A DNA stretch of 64,000 bases, taken from Candidatus Hadarchaeota archaeon (GTDB taxonomy: Archaea; Hadarchaeota; Hadarchaeia; Hadarchaeales; Hadarchaeaceae). Below are positions 1 to 10,730 of the stretch, one piece after another (the first letter of the stretch is position 1; every line of letters starts with the position of its first letter). Both the position numbers and the translations under genes were made by a program. Location of the stretch: the NCBI GenBank assembly GCA_964514965.1, contig CAZETV010000001.1, positions 889,239 through 953,238 of the forward strand. The letters are read 5' to 3'. The notes below the pieces were generated by a model, which did no database searches, had not been told where the DNA came from, and saw nothing but the letters and a program-made list of their open reading frames with translations.

Positions 1-270
1 GAGCTTGGGTATTATTGTTCCCCACCAATGGTTTTCCACGTTGTCTTGGATATTTTCGAATGTGACGTACGAAGCTTCGAGTGCGAGTATAATCCTAGAG
101 CCACCTATGATATCCACCCCAAAATGGAGACCACGTGTATACTGAGCTGGCCACCCCACCGCGGTTTCCGCTTTTGAATCAACCGCTTTCCAAGGGCTCC
201 AAACCAGCAAGGTACACAAGAAAACTGTGAATAGCAACAGTGCGATGCGGCGTTCTCTAAATACTGACAT
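1..270 (-). CDS. secD: Protein-export membrane protein SecD, N-terminal part (gene runs off the window start)
   Basis: Minus-strand frame starting at ATG 270..268 translates MSVFRERRIALLLFTVFLCTLLVWSPWKAV...GVDIIGGSRIILAL, a typical SecD N-terminus with signal anchor and GGxRI motif; overlaps the secF stop by 14 nt. Not in the supplied ORF track, which lists a different frame. Confidence 0.6.
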   Translation of the reverse strand, partial: MSVFRERRIALLLFTVFLCTLLVWSPWKAVDSKAETAVGWPAQYTRGLHFGVDIIGGSRIILALEASYVTFENIQDNVENHWWGTIIPKL

Positions 271-1129
271 GGTATTCCTTCCTCCTCTGTCGTTCTGCAT
301 GCCGCATAATGATTGCAGCGTTTAAGAACCAAGTGTTAAAAATGTCAATTATTATTCCAAAGATTATCACGGCTGTTAACTGGTAAAGCTGGGGGGCTGT
401 CGTTAGAATGTTGATGGCGAAGAGAGGGGTAAGTGTGCTGCCGCTCATCATCAAGCCCGTGCGCATCGCATCGACCACCTGCTCCTTGGGTTCGCCCCCG
501 ACCCGCTTGAGCACTCGGGTGGTGAGCAGGATGTTTGTGTCAACGGCGTATCCGATGAGCATCAGCAGACCTGCTACCGACGCCAGGCTGAGTTCGACAC
601 GGAACAGCGCCATACATCCGAAGACCCCCAGCAAGTCGAGCCCTACGGCGAGCAAGATTGCCCCCACCGTGACGCGGTGCCGGAAGGCGATGAAGATGAT
701 GACGCCCATCGCGATGAAGGCGCCGACCATAGCTCTTACGGCCTGCTCAGAATAGATGCTGGTGATGGTCGCTCCTCTCACCTCCACGGTGACGGAGTTC
801 TCAGGGATGCCAAATCGGGATAAAAGCATGCTTTTAATGAGGAGAGTTTCGTTTTCATTCAGTACGTTGCCGATCCCTATATCGAGACCATTTTCAACGA
901 TGTCAACATTAGCATTGTAGCCAGTTAGATTTTCAACGGAGATTTCAACAGCGCTAGCATCAGGGACATTTTCTACCCCCTGCACTCTTATTAAAGCACT
1001 TTCCCTGAAATCAGTACTGAATGGGACACTGAGCACTAACATGGAAATAGTCAGAACCGCAATCAGGGCTAGCGGAATCGCAGCTAATTGGCGGTTGCTT
1101 AAGTGCTTCTGAGGCCAAGCGAATTTCAT
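257..1129 (-). CDS. secF: Protein-export membrane protein SecF
   Basis: 290 aa multi-TM protein with SecF-like periplasmic domain and C-terminal TM bundle; adjacent to secD. Confidence 0.8.
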   Translation of the reverse strand: MKFAWPQKHLSNRQLAAIPLALIAVLTISMLVLSVPFSTDFRESALIRVQGVENVPDASAVEISVENLTGYNANVDIVENGLDIGIGNVLNENETLLIKSMLLSRFGIPENSVTVEVRGATITSIYSEQAVRAMVGAFIAMGVIIFIAFRHRVTVGAILLAVGLDLLGVFGCMALFRVELSLASVAGLLMLIGYAVDTNILLTTRVLKRVGGEPKEQVVDAMRTGLMMSGSTLTPLFAINILTTAPQLYQLTAVIIFGIIIDIFNTWFLNAAIIMRHAERQRRKEYHVSI

Positions 1130-1185
1130 CGTTAACCCTCTTGTTATTTTTAGTAGAGGATAAATAACTTGACGAGGTCGGACGA

Positions 1186-1941
1186 ATGATAGAGGAAAAC
1201 GAGCAAATCATCCTCATCGACGAGCGAGGCAGAAAATATCTTGTCAAAGCCGAGCGAAAACATCTCCACACGGATCTGGGGGTTATTGATTTGAGCGAAG
1301 CTATCAAACAAGAACCAGGAGCGAGGTTAAAATCTCATGTTGGCAAAGAATTCATTCTTCTGCGCCCGCGCATCGTTGATTACCTCCAGAAGCTCCGTCG
1401 CGTTCCCCAGATAATGCTGCCCAAAGATGCCGCACAGATCGTCGCGTATACCGGCGTGGGACCGGGAGATTTCGTCGTCGATGCAGGTGCGGGGTCTGGT
1501 GCACTGGCGATTTTTCTCGGCAACCTTGTTCGACCCAACGGACGTGTGGTGAGCTATGAGGTGCGGGAGGATTTCGCGTGCGTGGCGGAAGAGAACATCA
1601 ACATGGCAGGGCTCGGCGATATTGTGACGGTGAAGCTGAAAGATATCTATGAAGGAATTGACGAGCTTGATGTTGACTTGTTGACGCTTGACCTCCCCCA
1701 GCCCGAGCGAGTTTTGCCGCACGCGGAACGAGTCCTTAAACCTGGTGGGCACCTTGTGACATTTGCTCCCTGCGTTGAACATTTACAACGCCTCTATCGG
1801 GAGCTACCAAATTACCGCTTCGTACACTACAAGACTATCGAGTGTCTTGTTCGGGAATTCGAGGTCAAACCGAGTTGCACCCGCCCCAAGACGCGGATGA
1901 TTGCACACACAGGCTATTTAACATTCGCACGGCGCACGTAA
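1186..1941 (+). CDS. trmI: tRNA (adenine-N1)-methyltransferase, TrmI/Gcd14 family
   Basis: SAM-binding motif VVDAGAGSGALAIFL in a 251 aa protein with TrmI-like N-terminal domain. Confidence 0.7.
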   Translation: MIEENEQIILIDERGRKYLVKAERKHLHTDLGVIDLSEAIKQEPGARLKSHVGKEFILLRPRIVDYLQKLRRVPQIMLPKDAAQIVAYTGVGPGDFVVDAGAGSGALAIFLGNLVRPNGRVVSYEVREDFACVAEENINMAGLGDIVTVKLKDIYEGIDELDVDLLTLDLPQPERVLPHAERVLKPGGHLVTFAPCVEHLQRLYRELPNYRFVHYKTIECLVREFEVKPSCTRPKTRMIAHTGYLTFARRT

Positions 1942-1951
1942 CAAACAGTTT

Positions 1952-2350
1952 TTAAGACTTTATTAAGCGTCCTTTGAATCCGTAATAAATGACACCGTCT
2001 TGGCTCTCCTCGCCCATCCGCCTGAAGACTATTTCAACCTCATCGCCCATCTTGATCTCATCTATGTTGCAGTCGGTGATCTGCGCAGTCAAGCGTGGCC
2101 CATCTTCGAGTTCGATGATTGCGAGCACGTAGGGCACTTGATCTTCAAAACCTTCTGCAGCAACGTGTATCACCGTGTAAGAGAGAACCTTGCCTTGGCG
2201 TTTGAGCCGGTAAGGTTCGAGCTTACCCATCCTCCTGCAGAAGGGGCAGATTGAGCGGGGCGGAAATAAGATTTTGTTGCAATTTCCGCAGCGTGCCCCT
2301 ATGAGGTTATATCGGTTTGGTATCTCTCTCCAGAAACGCGGAACGGCCAT
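1952..2350 (-). CDS. DUF35 OB-fold/zinc-ribbon protein, partner of archaeal thiolase and HMG-CoA synthase
   Basis: CxxC...CxxC zinc ribbon (CGNCNK...CPFC) followed by OB-fold-like region; start set to ATG at 2350 (MAVPRFW), 2 nt after the thiolase stop, rather than the longer ORF-track start at 2407. Confidence 0.7.
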   Translation of the reverse strand: MAVPRFWREIPNRYNLIGARCGNCNKILFPPRSICPFCRRMGKLEPYRLKRQGKVLSYTVIHVAAEGFEDQVPYVLAIIELEDGPRLTAQITDCNIDEIKMGDEVEIVFRRMGEESQDGVIYYGFKGRLIKS

Positions 2351-2351
2351 A

Positions 2352-3515
2352 TTAGTCACCTCGCCTAAACACATGCACCACCGCAGTTCCTCCCGAGCCA
2401 CCGACATTGTGTGCTAACCCAATCTCCGCTCCATCGACTTGGCGCTTGCCCGCCTCGCTTCTAAGCTGTTGCGTGATTTCCACGGCTTGAGCGATGCCAG
2501 TAGCGCCCACGGGGTGCCCCTTACCCTTGAGCCCGCCACTCGTGTTTACAGGGATTCGTCCACCTATCGCGGTCTCGCCCTGCTCGGTCACTTTGCCACC
2601 TTCACCTTTCTTGCAAAACCCTAGATCCTCGATTGCCATGAGTTCGGCTATTGTGAAGCAGTCGTGAACCTCTGCTAGATCGATGTTATTCGGCTTGACA
2701 CCAGCCATTTTGTACGCTGTTCGTGCAGCTTCAATGGCAGCTTGTAGACTCGTGAGAGATGTACGGCTGTGGAGCGAGATAGTATCACTCGCTTGGCCGG
2801 TACCAACTACCAAGATTGGGGTATCTGTGAGTTTTCGCGCCTTCTCCGCGGAGGCGAGGATTACGCAGGCAGCGCCGTCGGTAATCGGGGAGCAATCGAG
2901 CAATTTCAGGGGCAGGGTAACGGGTGGAGACTTCATCACGTCATCGACTGTTACCTCCATCTGATATTGCGCGCAGGTGTTGAAACACGCGTTGTGGTGA
3001 TTTTTTACAGCCACTGCCGCCATTTGTTCTTCTGTGGTTCCAAATTCGTACATGTGGCGGCGAGCCATCAGCGCATAGAGACCTGGGAAGGTGGCACCTA
3101 CGAATACCTCCCATTCTTGGTCAGCTGCTGTCGCAAGTGCTCCGGTGGCTGCCCCTGTGAGAACATCAGTCATTTTCTCTATGCCAGCCGCGACGACGAT
3201 ATCGTGGAGGCCCGAGCCAACGTCGATTACCGCTTGGCGGAGTGCAAGTCCGCCTGACGCGCAGGCTCCCTCGACGCGCGTGGATGGGAGGGGTACAAGT
3301 CCAGCGTGGTCTGCGACAATTGAGGAAATATGTTCTTGGCGGATGAACTGACCAGAGGACATGTTTCCCACGTAAATCGCGCCTATCTGTTTTCCGTCGA
3401 TTCCAGCATCCTCAATCGCACGAGCACCTGCTTCCATCATCATCTCTCTAAAAGAGACATCCCAGAGTTCGCCGAACTTCGTCAGTCCAACGCCTATTAC
3501 TGCAACATCGCGCAT
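2352..3515 (-). CDS. Acetyl-CoA C-acetyltransferase (archaeal thiolase)
   Basis: 387 aa thiolase-fold protein with active-site Cys context (EGACASGG) and C-terminal thiolase motifs (HNVGGSG). Confidence 0.85.
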   Translation of the reverse strand: MRDVAVIGVGLTKFGELWDVSFREMMMEAGARAIEDAGIDGKQIGAIYVGNMSSGQFIRQEHISSIVADHAGLVPLPSTRVEGACASGGLALRQAVIDVGSGLHDIVVAAGIEKMTDVLTGAATGALATAADQEWEVFVGATFPGLYALMARRHMYEFGTTEEQMAAVAVKNHHNACFNTCAQYQMEVTVDDVMKSPPVTLPLKLLDCSPITDGAACVILASAEKARKLTDTPILVVGTGQASDTISLHSRTSLTSLQAAIEAARTAYKMAGVKPNNIDLAEVHDCFTIAELMAIEDLGFCKKGEGGKVTEQGETAIGGRIPVNTSGGLKGKGHPVGATGIAQAVEITQQLRSEAGKRQVDGAEIGLAHNVGGSGGTAVVHVFRRGD

Positions 3516-4571
3516 CTACTTCACCAGCAGTCTCCTGAATTTTGCGTAGGTGGCGTAGTCGATGTAAACCTTCCGATTCGAATAGTCGAGCACCTTGGGG
3601 GACGCATCACGTTTATCCTCAATACCGTCGCTCACGAGGATGCTGAAGGCATCGCTTCCTGCACCCGATCCATACGAAACAGCGAGTATCCGCTCCTTGG
3701 GCTTGGCTTGGTCGAGGACAGCGGCTAGGCCTATCATGGTTGATCCCGAGTAGGTGTTGCCTATTATAGGTGTCAGCAAGCCCGGTTTTACTTGCTCCCT
3801 CGAGAATCCCAAATCCGTGGCAGCATGCAAGGGGAATTTTCCATTTGGCTGGTGGAAAACTGCGTAGGCGAAATCTTTGGGAGTGAGCTGAAGTTGTCGG
3901 AGCAGACCGTTAGCCGCGGAGAGCACGTGTTTATAGTAAGCGGGCTTTCCAGTGAACCGCCCTCCGTGTTTGGGGTAAGGTCGCATATCCCGACGCCAGA
4001 AGTCGGGCGTATCAGTGGTGTAGGAGTAGGTACCTTCGATCTTTGCTATGGTCTTGCTTCCGTTCTTGCCCACAATGAAGGCGCCCCCTCCAGCTGCAGC
4101 GGTGTACTCGAGGCTATCTCCAGGGGCCCCTTGAGCTGTATCAGACCCGATTGCCATACCATATTTTATCATGCCAGCTTCAACTGCCCCCATACAGGTC
4201 TGAATCCCGGCTGTGCCCGCTTTGCACGCGAATTCGTAGTCGGCGGCTGTGAGGTCTGGGGTTGCTTCTATAGCTTCTGCTACAATCGTGGCCGTTGGTT
4301 TAACTGCGTAAGGATGGGACTCTGAGCCGATGTAGATTGCGCCTATATCTTGAGGGTCAATGTCCGCCTGCTTCACGGCGTTGCGCGCGGCTTCGACTGC
4401 TATGGTGGCGGTATCTTCATCAGGTCCAGGGACGGATTTTTCCCCGACCAAAAGCCCATGCTTAACGCGCTCGGGATTTTCCCCCCAGACTTTTGCTATC
4501 TCTTCTACCCGTATACGGTACCTAGGAATGTAAACGCCGTAACCGACTATGCCAACGTCCATTAGCGTCAC
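3516..4571 (-). CDS. Hydroxymethylglutaryl-CoA synthase (archaeal)
   Basis: 351 aa; N-terminus [17 protein letters not shown] and catalytic Cys context (EFACKAGT) typical of archaeal HMGCS; translationally coupled to thiolase and DUF35 genes. Confidence 0.85.
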   Translation of the reverse strand: MTLMDVGIVGYGVYIPRYRIRVEEIAKVWGENPERVKHGLLVGEKSVPGPDEDTATIAVEAARNAVKQADIDPQDIGAIYIGSESHPYAVKPTATIVAEAIEATPDLTAADYEFACKAGTAGIQTCMGAVEAGMIKYGMAIGSDTAQGAPGDSLEYTAAAGGGAFIVGKNGSKTIAKIEGTYSYTTDTPDFWRRDMRPYPKHGGRFTGKPAYYKHVLSAANGLLRQLQLTPKDFAYAVFHQPNGKFPLHAATDLGFSREQVKPGLLTPIIGNTYSGSTMIGLAAVLDQAKPKERILAVSYGSGAGSDAFSILVSDGIEDKRDASPKVLDYSNRKVYIDYATYAKFRRLLVK

Positions 4572-4667
4572 CTTTTATTGAATGTTAATTTTTGTGTCAA
4601 TGCTCAAGCGAAAGCAATAAAAACCTTTCGATTGTCGGAAAAAACATCGGCAATTGTCGTGAGAAGG

Positions 4668-5381
4668 TCAGCGAACGCACTTTCGAAGCCCCTCGATTAG
4701 TTCCCTGACTGACGGAAGTTTAGAAATTACGAGTGGAACTCGTAGAACCTCGGCTATTTTTACCCCAAGCACATCGGCACGCTTGAGTTCGCCGTGTAAA
4801 ATTACCATCCCAGGGGTTATCCCGATCACCTTCACAGCTACCATGGGCGAGCGTCCCGTCGTTACACCAGTAAAGACAAGCGCCCGCTCAGTAGTTAATC
4901 CGTAGAGTCGCCTGAAATCGTCGGCGGAGAGACCCAGTACAGCTTTGTGGCTATCGATGATGGTATACCCAAAGAGCTTCTGGTCGAGCAGCTCCTTGTT
5001 CGCAACGACATTGCCGTCGACCACCTTACAGACGGTCTTCCCATCAGTTGGTTCGCCAAACTCTCGGATTTCAAGCACGACATCTGGCGGCAACTGAGTG
5101 CCGAACACATGAGAAAATATCCTAGACACTTCTCCCCCATGTTGTTCATCAAGCTTAAGGAAGGCGTCGACCACACGCTTGATAGTCGCTGCCCCAGGCG
5201 ATTTCCTCCGCCCGGCCTCGTAGTCGCTGATTACTGAGGAGGAAACGTTCATCATTTTGGCGAGCGAGGTCTGGTTAATCCCAAATCGCTCTCGCCAGCG
5301 CTTAAAAGCTCCTCCTGGGTCGTCGGAGAGGGTTATGTCGCCAGCTATCCATCGCGCGATCCTTTCTCTTACTTCAGCCAT
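4668..5381 (-). CDS. HTH-domain transcriptional regulator (XRE-like HTH plus C-terminal domain)
   Basis: Helix-turn-helix segment GINQTSLAKMMNVSSSVISDYEAGRR near the N-terminus; 237 aa. Confidence 0.5.
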   Translation of the reverse strand: MAEVRERIARWIAGDITLSDDPGGAFKRWRERFGINQTSLAKMMNVSSSVISDYEAGRRKSPGAATIKRVVDAFLKLDEQHGGEVSRIFSHVFGTQLPPDVVLEIREFGEPTDGKTVCKVVDGNVVANKELLDQKLFGYTIIDSHKAVLGLSADDFRRLYGLTTERALVFTGVTTGRSPMVAVKVIGITPGMVILHGELKRADVLGVKIAEVLRVPLVISKLPSVRELIEGLRKCVR

Positions 5382-5432
5382 AATGTACCAATATCTAATC
5401 TCGGGATCGGAGGATAAGAATATTGGGAATGC

Positions 5433-6014
5433 TCAGTTTTTTTTCTGCGGTTTTCCAGCTAGTTTAAATAAGTCTGCTTTGGTAACAATGCCGATTACTT
5501 TTCCGTGTTCAACGACGACAACCGCCGGTTCATGTTCGAGTAGGGGGTAAACGACATCAATATCGGTGTCCTTGCTCACGGTTGGAAACGAATTTTCCAT
5601 TATCTCGCTGACGTTGCGTTTAAGCAGTCTGTTCATGTTTTCGCCCGAGGCAATATTGCGCACAACTGTAGCTTCAGATATCGAGCCCACCTGCACTTCT
5701 TCATTAAGCACTGGAAGTTGCGAAATGTCGTATGATTTCATGAGGTGGATTGCTTTGTCTACGGCGTCATGAGACTTTAAAGCTACAATTGGCGAAGTCA
5801 TTATTTGTCCAACTGTTGCACGCTTCTCCATAGCAGTTGCCCGCTCAAGCGCTTTGGATATTTTTTCAAGGGTGGAAACCCGGGGGTCTGCGGCTTTTGC
5901 CTCGATTTTAGCGATATAAGCTTGGGTTACGCCTGCGAGTTCTGCTAGTTGCGCTTGGGTTAGTCCGAGCCTCGTGCGCATTACTTTGATTTCGGAAAGT
6001 CGTAGTATTCGCAT
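5433..6014 (-). CDS. HTH (XRE-type) regulator fused to a CBS domain
   Basis: N-terminal HTH (LGLTQAQLAELAGVTQAYIAKIE) followed by CBS-like region (VGQIMTSP...VVVEHGKVIGIVTKADL). Confidence 0.55.
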   Translation of the reverse strand: MRILRLSEIKVMRTRLGLTQAQLAELAGVTQAYIAKIEAKAADPRVSTLEKISKALERATAMEKRATVGQIMTSPIVALKSHDAVDKAIHLMKSYDISQLPVLNEEVQVGSISEATVVRNIASGENMNRLLKRNVSEIMENSFPTVSKDTDIDVVYPLLEHEPAVVVVEHGKVIGIVTKADLFKLAGKPQKKN

Positions 6015-6089
6015 AAAAATCTTCTATTCCTAGCAGTTATATTTTTGGCAAAACCTATAAATAGATAGCGGATTGAAAATCCGAGAGGC

Positions 6090-7307
6090 GTGAACTTGGC
6101 GCGTAATATAATAGTCGAGGAGTTTAAGCAAATTCCCCTCGAGAAACAAAAGCTGGAAATCGTTGAGCGAAAGGGGCTTGGCCATCCTGACTCTATGTGT
6201 GATGCGATTTTGGATCGAGTTTCAGTAGAGTTAAGCAAAGAGTATTTGAAAAAATTTGGCATGATTATGCACCACAATGCGGATAAATCTTTGCTCGTCG
6301 CTGGGGAGGTTGAGACAAGATTTGGTGGTGGCGAAGTGAAGCAACCAATGCTTTTGATTTTCGGCGACCGAGCGACTGAAGAGGTTGAGGGAACCAAAAT
6401 TCCGGTGAAGGATATCGCGATTAGTGCTGCGAAGAGCTGGATAAAAGAAAATTTGAGGTTTGTCGATCCGGAAAAGCACATGCGCTATCAAGTCGAGTTT
6501 AAACCTGGGTCTGCGGCGCTCACGGACATCTTCAAGCGCAAGGGTAAAGTGCTTAGCGCTAATGACACCTCGGCTGCAGTCGGCTATGCACCGATGACTT
6601 GGACAGAGCAGCTTGTGTTAAAGACAGAACGCTACTTGAATTCTCCGGAGTTAAAAAAGGAATTTCCTGAAGCTGGTGAGGATGTCAAGGTGATGGGCTT
6701 TCGTAAGAACGACGAGCTCTATCTAACTGTTGGGATGGCTTTCGTTGACCGGTTCGTAGAGAACGAGGACGATTACTTCAGAAAGAGGGAAGAAATCCTC
6801 AAGCAACTATACGAATTCGTGAAAGGGAATTCCGTCCTCAAAAAGATCAAGCTCAAACTTAACACTCTCGATGTGCGCGGGCGGGGTGTTGGAGGAACGT
6901 ATCTCACTGTGCTCGGAACGAGCGCTGATGGGGCGGACTCTGGTCAAGTCGGAAGAGGCAATCGTCCAAATGGAGTGATTCCGCTAAATCGTCATGTTGG
7001 TTCGGAGGCGGCAGCGGGCAAGAATCCAGTTAGTCACGTGGGCAAAATTTACAATTTGCTTACGCATCAAATCGCGAATGAAATTTACAGTCAAGTTTCA
7101 GGATTGGATGAGGTCTATGTTTGGATAGTTAGCCAAATAGGGAAATCTATTGATGAGCCAGCAATCGCAGTCGCTCGAGTCGTCACTAAGCCTGGCACAA
7201 CAATCGAGAGTGTCAGGAGGCAGATAGCGGAAGTAGTGGACGAAGAGCTTGGGCATATAGACAAAATCTGCATTAAGCTCGCCGAAGGAAAAATTCCAAT
7301 TTGTTGA
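6090..7307 (+). CDS. metK: S-adenosylmethionine synthetase, archaeal type
   Basis: 405 aa with the archaeal MAT signature GHPDSMCDAI; GTG start. Confidence 0.85.
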   Translation: MNLARNIIVEEFKQIPLEKQKLEIVERKGLGHPDSMCDAILDRVSVELSKEYLKKFGMIMHHNADKSLLVAGEVETRFGGGEVKQPMLLIFGDRATEEVEGTKIPVKDIAISAAKSWIKENLRFVDPEKHMRYQVEFKPGSAALTDIFKRKGKVLSANDTSAAVGYAPMTWTEQLVLKTERYLNSPELKKEFPEAGEDVKVMGFRKNDELYLTVGMAFVDRFVENEDDYFRKREEILKQLYEFVKGNSVLKKIKLKLNTLDVRGRGVGGTYLTVLGTSADGADSGQVGRGNRPNGVIPLNRHVGSEAAAGKNPVSHVGKIYNLLTHQIANEIYSQVSGLDEVYVWIVSQIGKSIDEPAIAVARVVTKPGTTIESVRRQIAEVVDEELGHIDKICIKLAEGKIPIC

Positions 7308-7394
7308 ATTTCGTATTTCAAGCGGAAAACCTTTGTAAGGATTATTCAAAGTTTTAGTGGTGATGTTATTTTTCGGATCTTACACCGCGATGGC

Positions 7395-8867
7395 ATGGGT
7401 CGAGTGAGCAGGCTTAGCACCCCACACGGTGATGTGACAACCCCCACTCTTATGCCTGTTATCAATCCATCGGATGTAATTTTATCGCCCAACCAGATGC
7501 GTCGTGAGTTCGGCTCTGAGTTAGTGATAACAAACGCTTACCTAACCCGTCGCTGCTTCGGAGAAAATGCGACCAAAAAAGGGATTCACGGCGTTCTTGA
7601 TTACGATGGCCCAATCGCAACCGATTCTGGAGGTTATCAGATTTTACGCTACGGTGACGTGGATGTCAGTCCTGAGGAAATTGTGCGCTACCAAGAAGCA
7701 ATCGCTCCTGATATCGCGACTATCCTCGATATCCCGACTGGTGTTCGAGCGACTAAGACGCATGCAGCAGAAACGGTGCGGATAACACTTGAGCGAGCCA
7801 AACAGGCGGTCGAACTCAGGTCCAACCCTAAAGTGATGTGGTGTGGACCGGTGCAGGGGGGTCTCTTCAGCGATTTGGTCGCCCAGAGTGCACGCGAGAT
7901 TGGGAAGCTCGACTTTCAGCTGCACGCGATAGGGAGCCCCGTCGAGTTGCTAGAGGGATATCGTTATGCGGAGCTTGTCGATCTCGTCATGACTGCGAAG
8001 CAGCACCTGCCACTCGATCGCCCCACGCATCTTTTCGGTGCAGGACATCCTATGATGTTTGCGCTCGCCGTGGCGATGGGCTGTGACTTCTTCGACTCCG
8101 CTGCGTACGTGCTCTACGCGCGTGATGGCCGTTACATGACATCGGATGGAACATTTTGTCTCGATGAGCTATCTTATCTGCCATGTGAGTGCCCTGTTTG
8201 TGTGGCGCATTTGCCAAATGAGTTCAGACATGTCTCGCAGGACGAGCGAATCAAACTCTTGGCTAGGCACAATCTTCATGTCGCTTTCGGTGAGCTGCGA
8301 CGCATCCGTCAGGCGATTGTTGAGGGAAGTTTATGGGCATATCTCGAGATGCGGTGTCGCGCCCATCCGCGACTGCTTGATGGGTTTCGAAGATTAGTGA
8401 AATATCGAGATTTCATCGAGCGGTTTGACCCAGTGACCAAGCCATCAGCATTCTGCTATCTTGGTGAAGGATCTGCGAATCGTCCGGAGGTCGTGCGCCA
8501 TAGAAGGAGGCTTGAGGAGCGTTATAGTCCACCTCCGTTGTCCACCCTAGCACTTCTACCGGCCTTTGAAGGCGAGCGCCCCAAGCTGGAGAAATTTGAG
8601 CAAACCCACCTCGTAAGACTAGTGCCTCCTTTCGGCATCGTCCCTGAGGAACTCGAAGAGGTTTACCCGCTCGGGCAATTTCAGATACCTCGAGAACTTG
8701 ACGCGGTACAGATTAAATCAGTGACCGAGGCCCTTTCTCGCTTTTTCGAGCGGTACGGTGAACACTACGAACGAGTCTTGCTGTTCAACGACGAACGACG
8801 ATGGGGCAACGCACTCGTTGATGCATGCGAAAAAGTTGAGGAAAAACTAAAAACAATTCAGCTCTGA
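7395..8867 (+). CDS. tgtA: Archaeosine tRNA-guanine transglycosylase
   Basis: 490 aa TIM-barrel TGT with zinc site CECPVCVAH and tRNA-guanine transglycosylase core motifs (TDSGGYQ). Confidence 0.7.
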   Translation: MGRVSRLSTPHGDVTTPTLMPVINPSDVILSPNQMRREFGSELVITNAYLTRRCFGENATKKGIHGVLDYDGPIATDSGGYQILRYGDVDVSPEEIVRYQEAIAPDIATILDIPTGVRATKTHAAETVRITLERAKQAVELRSNPKVMWCGPVQGGLFSDLVAQSAREIGKLDFQLHAIGSPVELLEGYRYAELVDLVMTAKQHLPLDRPTHLFGAGHPMMFALAVAMGCDFFDSAAYVLYARDGRYMTSDGTFCLDELSYLPCECPVCVAHLPNEFRHVSQDERIKLLARHNLHVAFGELRRIRQAIVEGSLWAYLEMRCRAHPRLLDGFRRLVKYRDFIERFDPVTKPSAFCYLGEGSANRPEVVRHRRRLEERYSPPPLSTLALLPAFEGERPKLEKFEQTHLVRLVPPFGIVPEELEEVYPLGQFQIPRELDAVQIKSVTEALSRFFERYGEHYERVLLFNDERRWGNALVDACEKVEEKLKTIQL

Positions 8868-8940
8868 TGTGCAAAATTGAGCCCACAAAAAATAAATAAT
8901 CTAAGCGCCTAACAAATTCGGGCTGGATTGGTGATAAAAC

Positions 8941-9381
8941 TTGGACAGTGTTGACATAAAACTTTTGAAAATGTTAAACAACGACGCACACGTTCCGTTG
9001 CGCAGAATGGGGCGCGAGGTTGGCCTCAGCACTTCAGGAGTGAGGCGGCGAATTAAGCAACTCGAGCGCTCTGGTCTGATTAAACAATACTCAGCGCTTA
9101 TAGACCCTAGAAAATTCGGCTATGGGGTGATGGCTTTCGTCAGTGTTGATGTCGATAACAGGAGCATGGACGAGCTCGTTCGTTCTTTGTCGCGCTGCCA
9201 TCAAGTATGTGAGATTCATCACACGACAGGAGGTCATGGGTTAATGATGAAGATACGTGCCCGTGATTTAGAAAGCCTGAAGAAGTTCGTTGATGACCGC
9301 ATCCAATCATTCGACTCGGTAAAGAGCGTCCAGACCATCGTGGCTATGGGGACCGTCAAGGAAACCATCTTGAATCTCTAG
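8941..9381 (+). CDS. Lrp/AsnC family transcriptional regulator
   Basis: N-terminal HTH (DIKLLKMLNNDAHVPLRRMGREVGLSTSGVRRRIKQLERSGLIKQY) and C-terminal RAM domain; TTG start in the ORF track. Confidence 0.7.
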   Translation: MDSVDIKLLKMLNNDAHVPLRRMGREVGLSTSGVRRRIKQLERSGLIKQYSALIDPRKFGYGVMAFVSVDVDNRSMDELVRSLSRCHQVCEIHHTTGGHGLMMKIRARDLESLKKFVDDRIQSFDSVKSVQTIVAMGTVKETILNL

Positions 9382-9389
9382 GTGCTAAG

Positions 9390-9620
9390 ATGCAGGAAGC
9401 CGAGGCAAAACTCATTCGAGATTCGTTCTCATCTGTTAGGCCTTATCTTGCGTACCCTCAGGAACTCCGAAGCTTGATCGAGCAGAATATTGATGAGAGC
9501 GCAAGCGTCGAGAAATTCATCGAGGAGCTCAAACAAAATATTTCTGAGAAATTAGATACTACGCGAAAAACAGATAAACAGATTTTCCTGAATGAGTTGC
9601 GCCGCCATCTTTCCAAATAA
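9390..9620 (+). CDS. Hypothetical small protein (76 aa)
   Basis: ORF immediately downstream of the Lrp gene; no recognisable motif. Confidence 0.25.
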   Translation: MQEAEAKLIRDSFSSVRPYLAYPQELRSLIEQNIDESASVEKFIEELKQNISEKLDTTRKTDKQIFLNELRRHLSK

Positions 9621-9667
9621 AATCTAAATTAGTTTAAATCTGGGGGATAATATAGAAATTAGGAACT

Positions 9668-10600
9668 ATGGTAAATGCTGAAATCAAGCAAATCGCGCAG
9701 GATATTCGAACGATGCGCATACGTGGTGCTGGTAGAATCGCTCGTGCTGCGGCTCGGGCCTTAAAAATCGTTGCAAAAACGAGCCGAGCTAAGGCACCTG
9801 CCGAGTTCACGAGAGAGCTCGGTCGCGTTTCAGAACTTTTGTTGGCAACCCGACCGACCGCGGTTTCGTTGTCAAACGCTGTTCGCTACGTCATTTTGGG
9901 TGTGAAGCGAGCAAAAGGGGTAGATACTAAAGCCCTGCGAAGGGCCGTCATTTCCCGCGCGGACGAGTTCATTCGCGGTTCAATGGGGGCCGTCGAGCAG
10001 ATAGGCGAGATAGGCGCGCGTCGTATCTCTGACGGCGACGTAATACTCACCCACTGCAACAGCGATTGTGCGCTCGCGATAATCAAGGCGGCTTTCAAAC
10101 AGGGCAAAAATATCCAAACATTCGCTACAGAATCCCGTCCGATGCGGCAGGGCTTAATAAGCGTGCGAGAGCTGAGGAAAGTTGGAATTCCCACCACACT
10201 CATCGTCGACTCGGCTGTGCGTCACTTTATTCGGGATATAGACAAGGTAATAGTTGGTGCAGACAGCATCGCGGCGAATGGAGCGGTAGTCAACAAAATA
10301 GGGACTTCCCAAATCGCCCTCATCGCTCACGAAGCTCGAGTGTTGTTTTTCGTTGCTGCGGAGAGCTATAAATTCCACCCTGAGACGCTAGTAGGGCGGC
10401 TGGTAGAGATCGAGGAGCGCCCGCCCAAAGAGATTGTTAATCCTAGGCGCTTTCCAGGCGTGAAAATCCGCAATCCAGTCTTCGATATCACGCCGCCAGA
10501 GTATGTAGACCTTATCATAACCGAGCACGGCATAATCCCGCCTTCAGCAGCTTACATGGTGATTCAGGAACTCTTTGAGTGGAAGCTTAGAAAAGGATGA
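9668..10600 (+). CDS. eIF-2B alpha/beta/delta family protein, probably ribose-1,5-bisphosphate isomerase
   Basis: 310 aa e2b2-family sequence (IRGAGRIARAAARAL...TRPTAVSL...SYKFHPETLVG...DITPPEYVDLIITEHGIIPP) resembling archaeal R15P isomerases. Confidence 0.55.
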   Translation: MVNAEIKQIAQDIRTMRIRGAGRIARAAARALKIVAKTSRAKAPAEFTRELGRVSELLLATRPTAVSLSNAVRYVILGVKRAKGVDTKALRRAVISRADEFIRGSMGAVEQIGEIGARRISDGDVILTHCNSDCALAIIKAAFKQGKNIQTFATESRPMRQGLISVRELRKVGIPTTLIVDSAVRHFIRDIDKVIVGADSIAANGAVVNKIGTSQIALIAHEARVLFFVAAESYKFHPETLVGRLVEIEERPPKEIVNPRRFPGVKIRNPVFDITPPEYVDLIITEHGIIPPSAAYMVIQELFEWKLRKG

Positions 10601-10730
10601 ATCTAAATCCATCTGAGTTAAATTTCCATTTCTAGGGAATAAGATTTTTTGCAGTGAGATGAAAATTTGTCAAAATCTTAATTATCTTAACATTCTTCAC
10701 GTAATTTTGGGGGCATGTTTAATGCTTTTT

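Noticed and set aside
105-332. ORF-track minus-strand ORF of 75 aa at the window start
   Set aside because: A different minus-strand frame starting at 270 gives a convincing SecD N-terminus; the 75-aa ORF has no motif and overlaps that frame.
408-755. Numerous ORF-track entries antisense to or nested within large confidently assigned genes (for example 408..755, 2769..3257, 28639..29277, 37557..38024)
   Set aside because: They overlap genes with strong family signatures on the opposite strand or in another frame and show biased low-complexity composition; treated as spurious.
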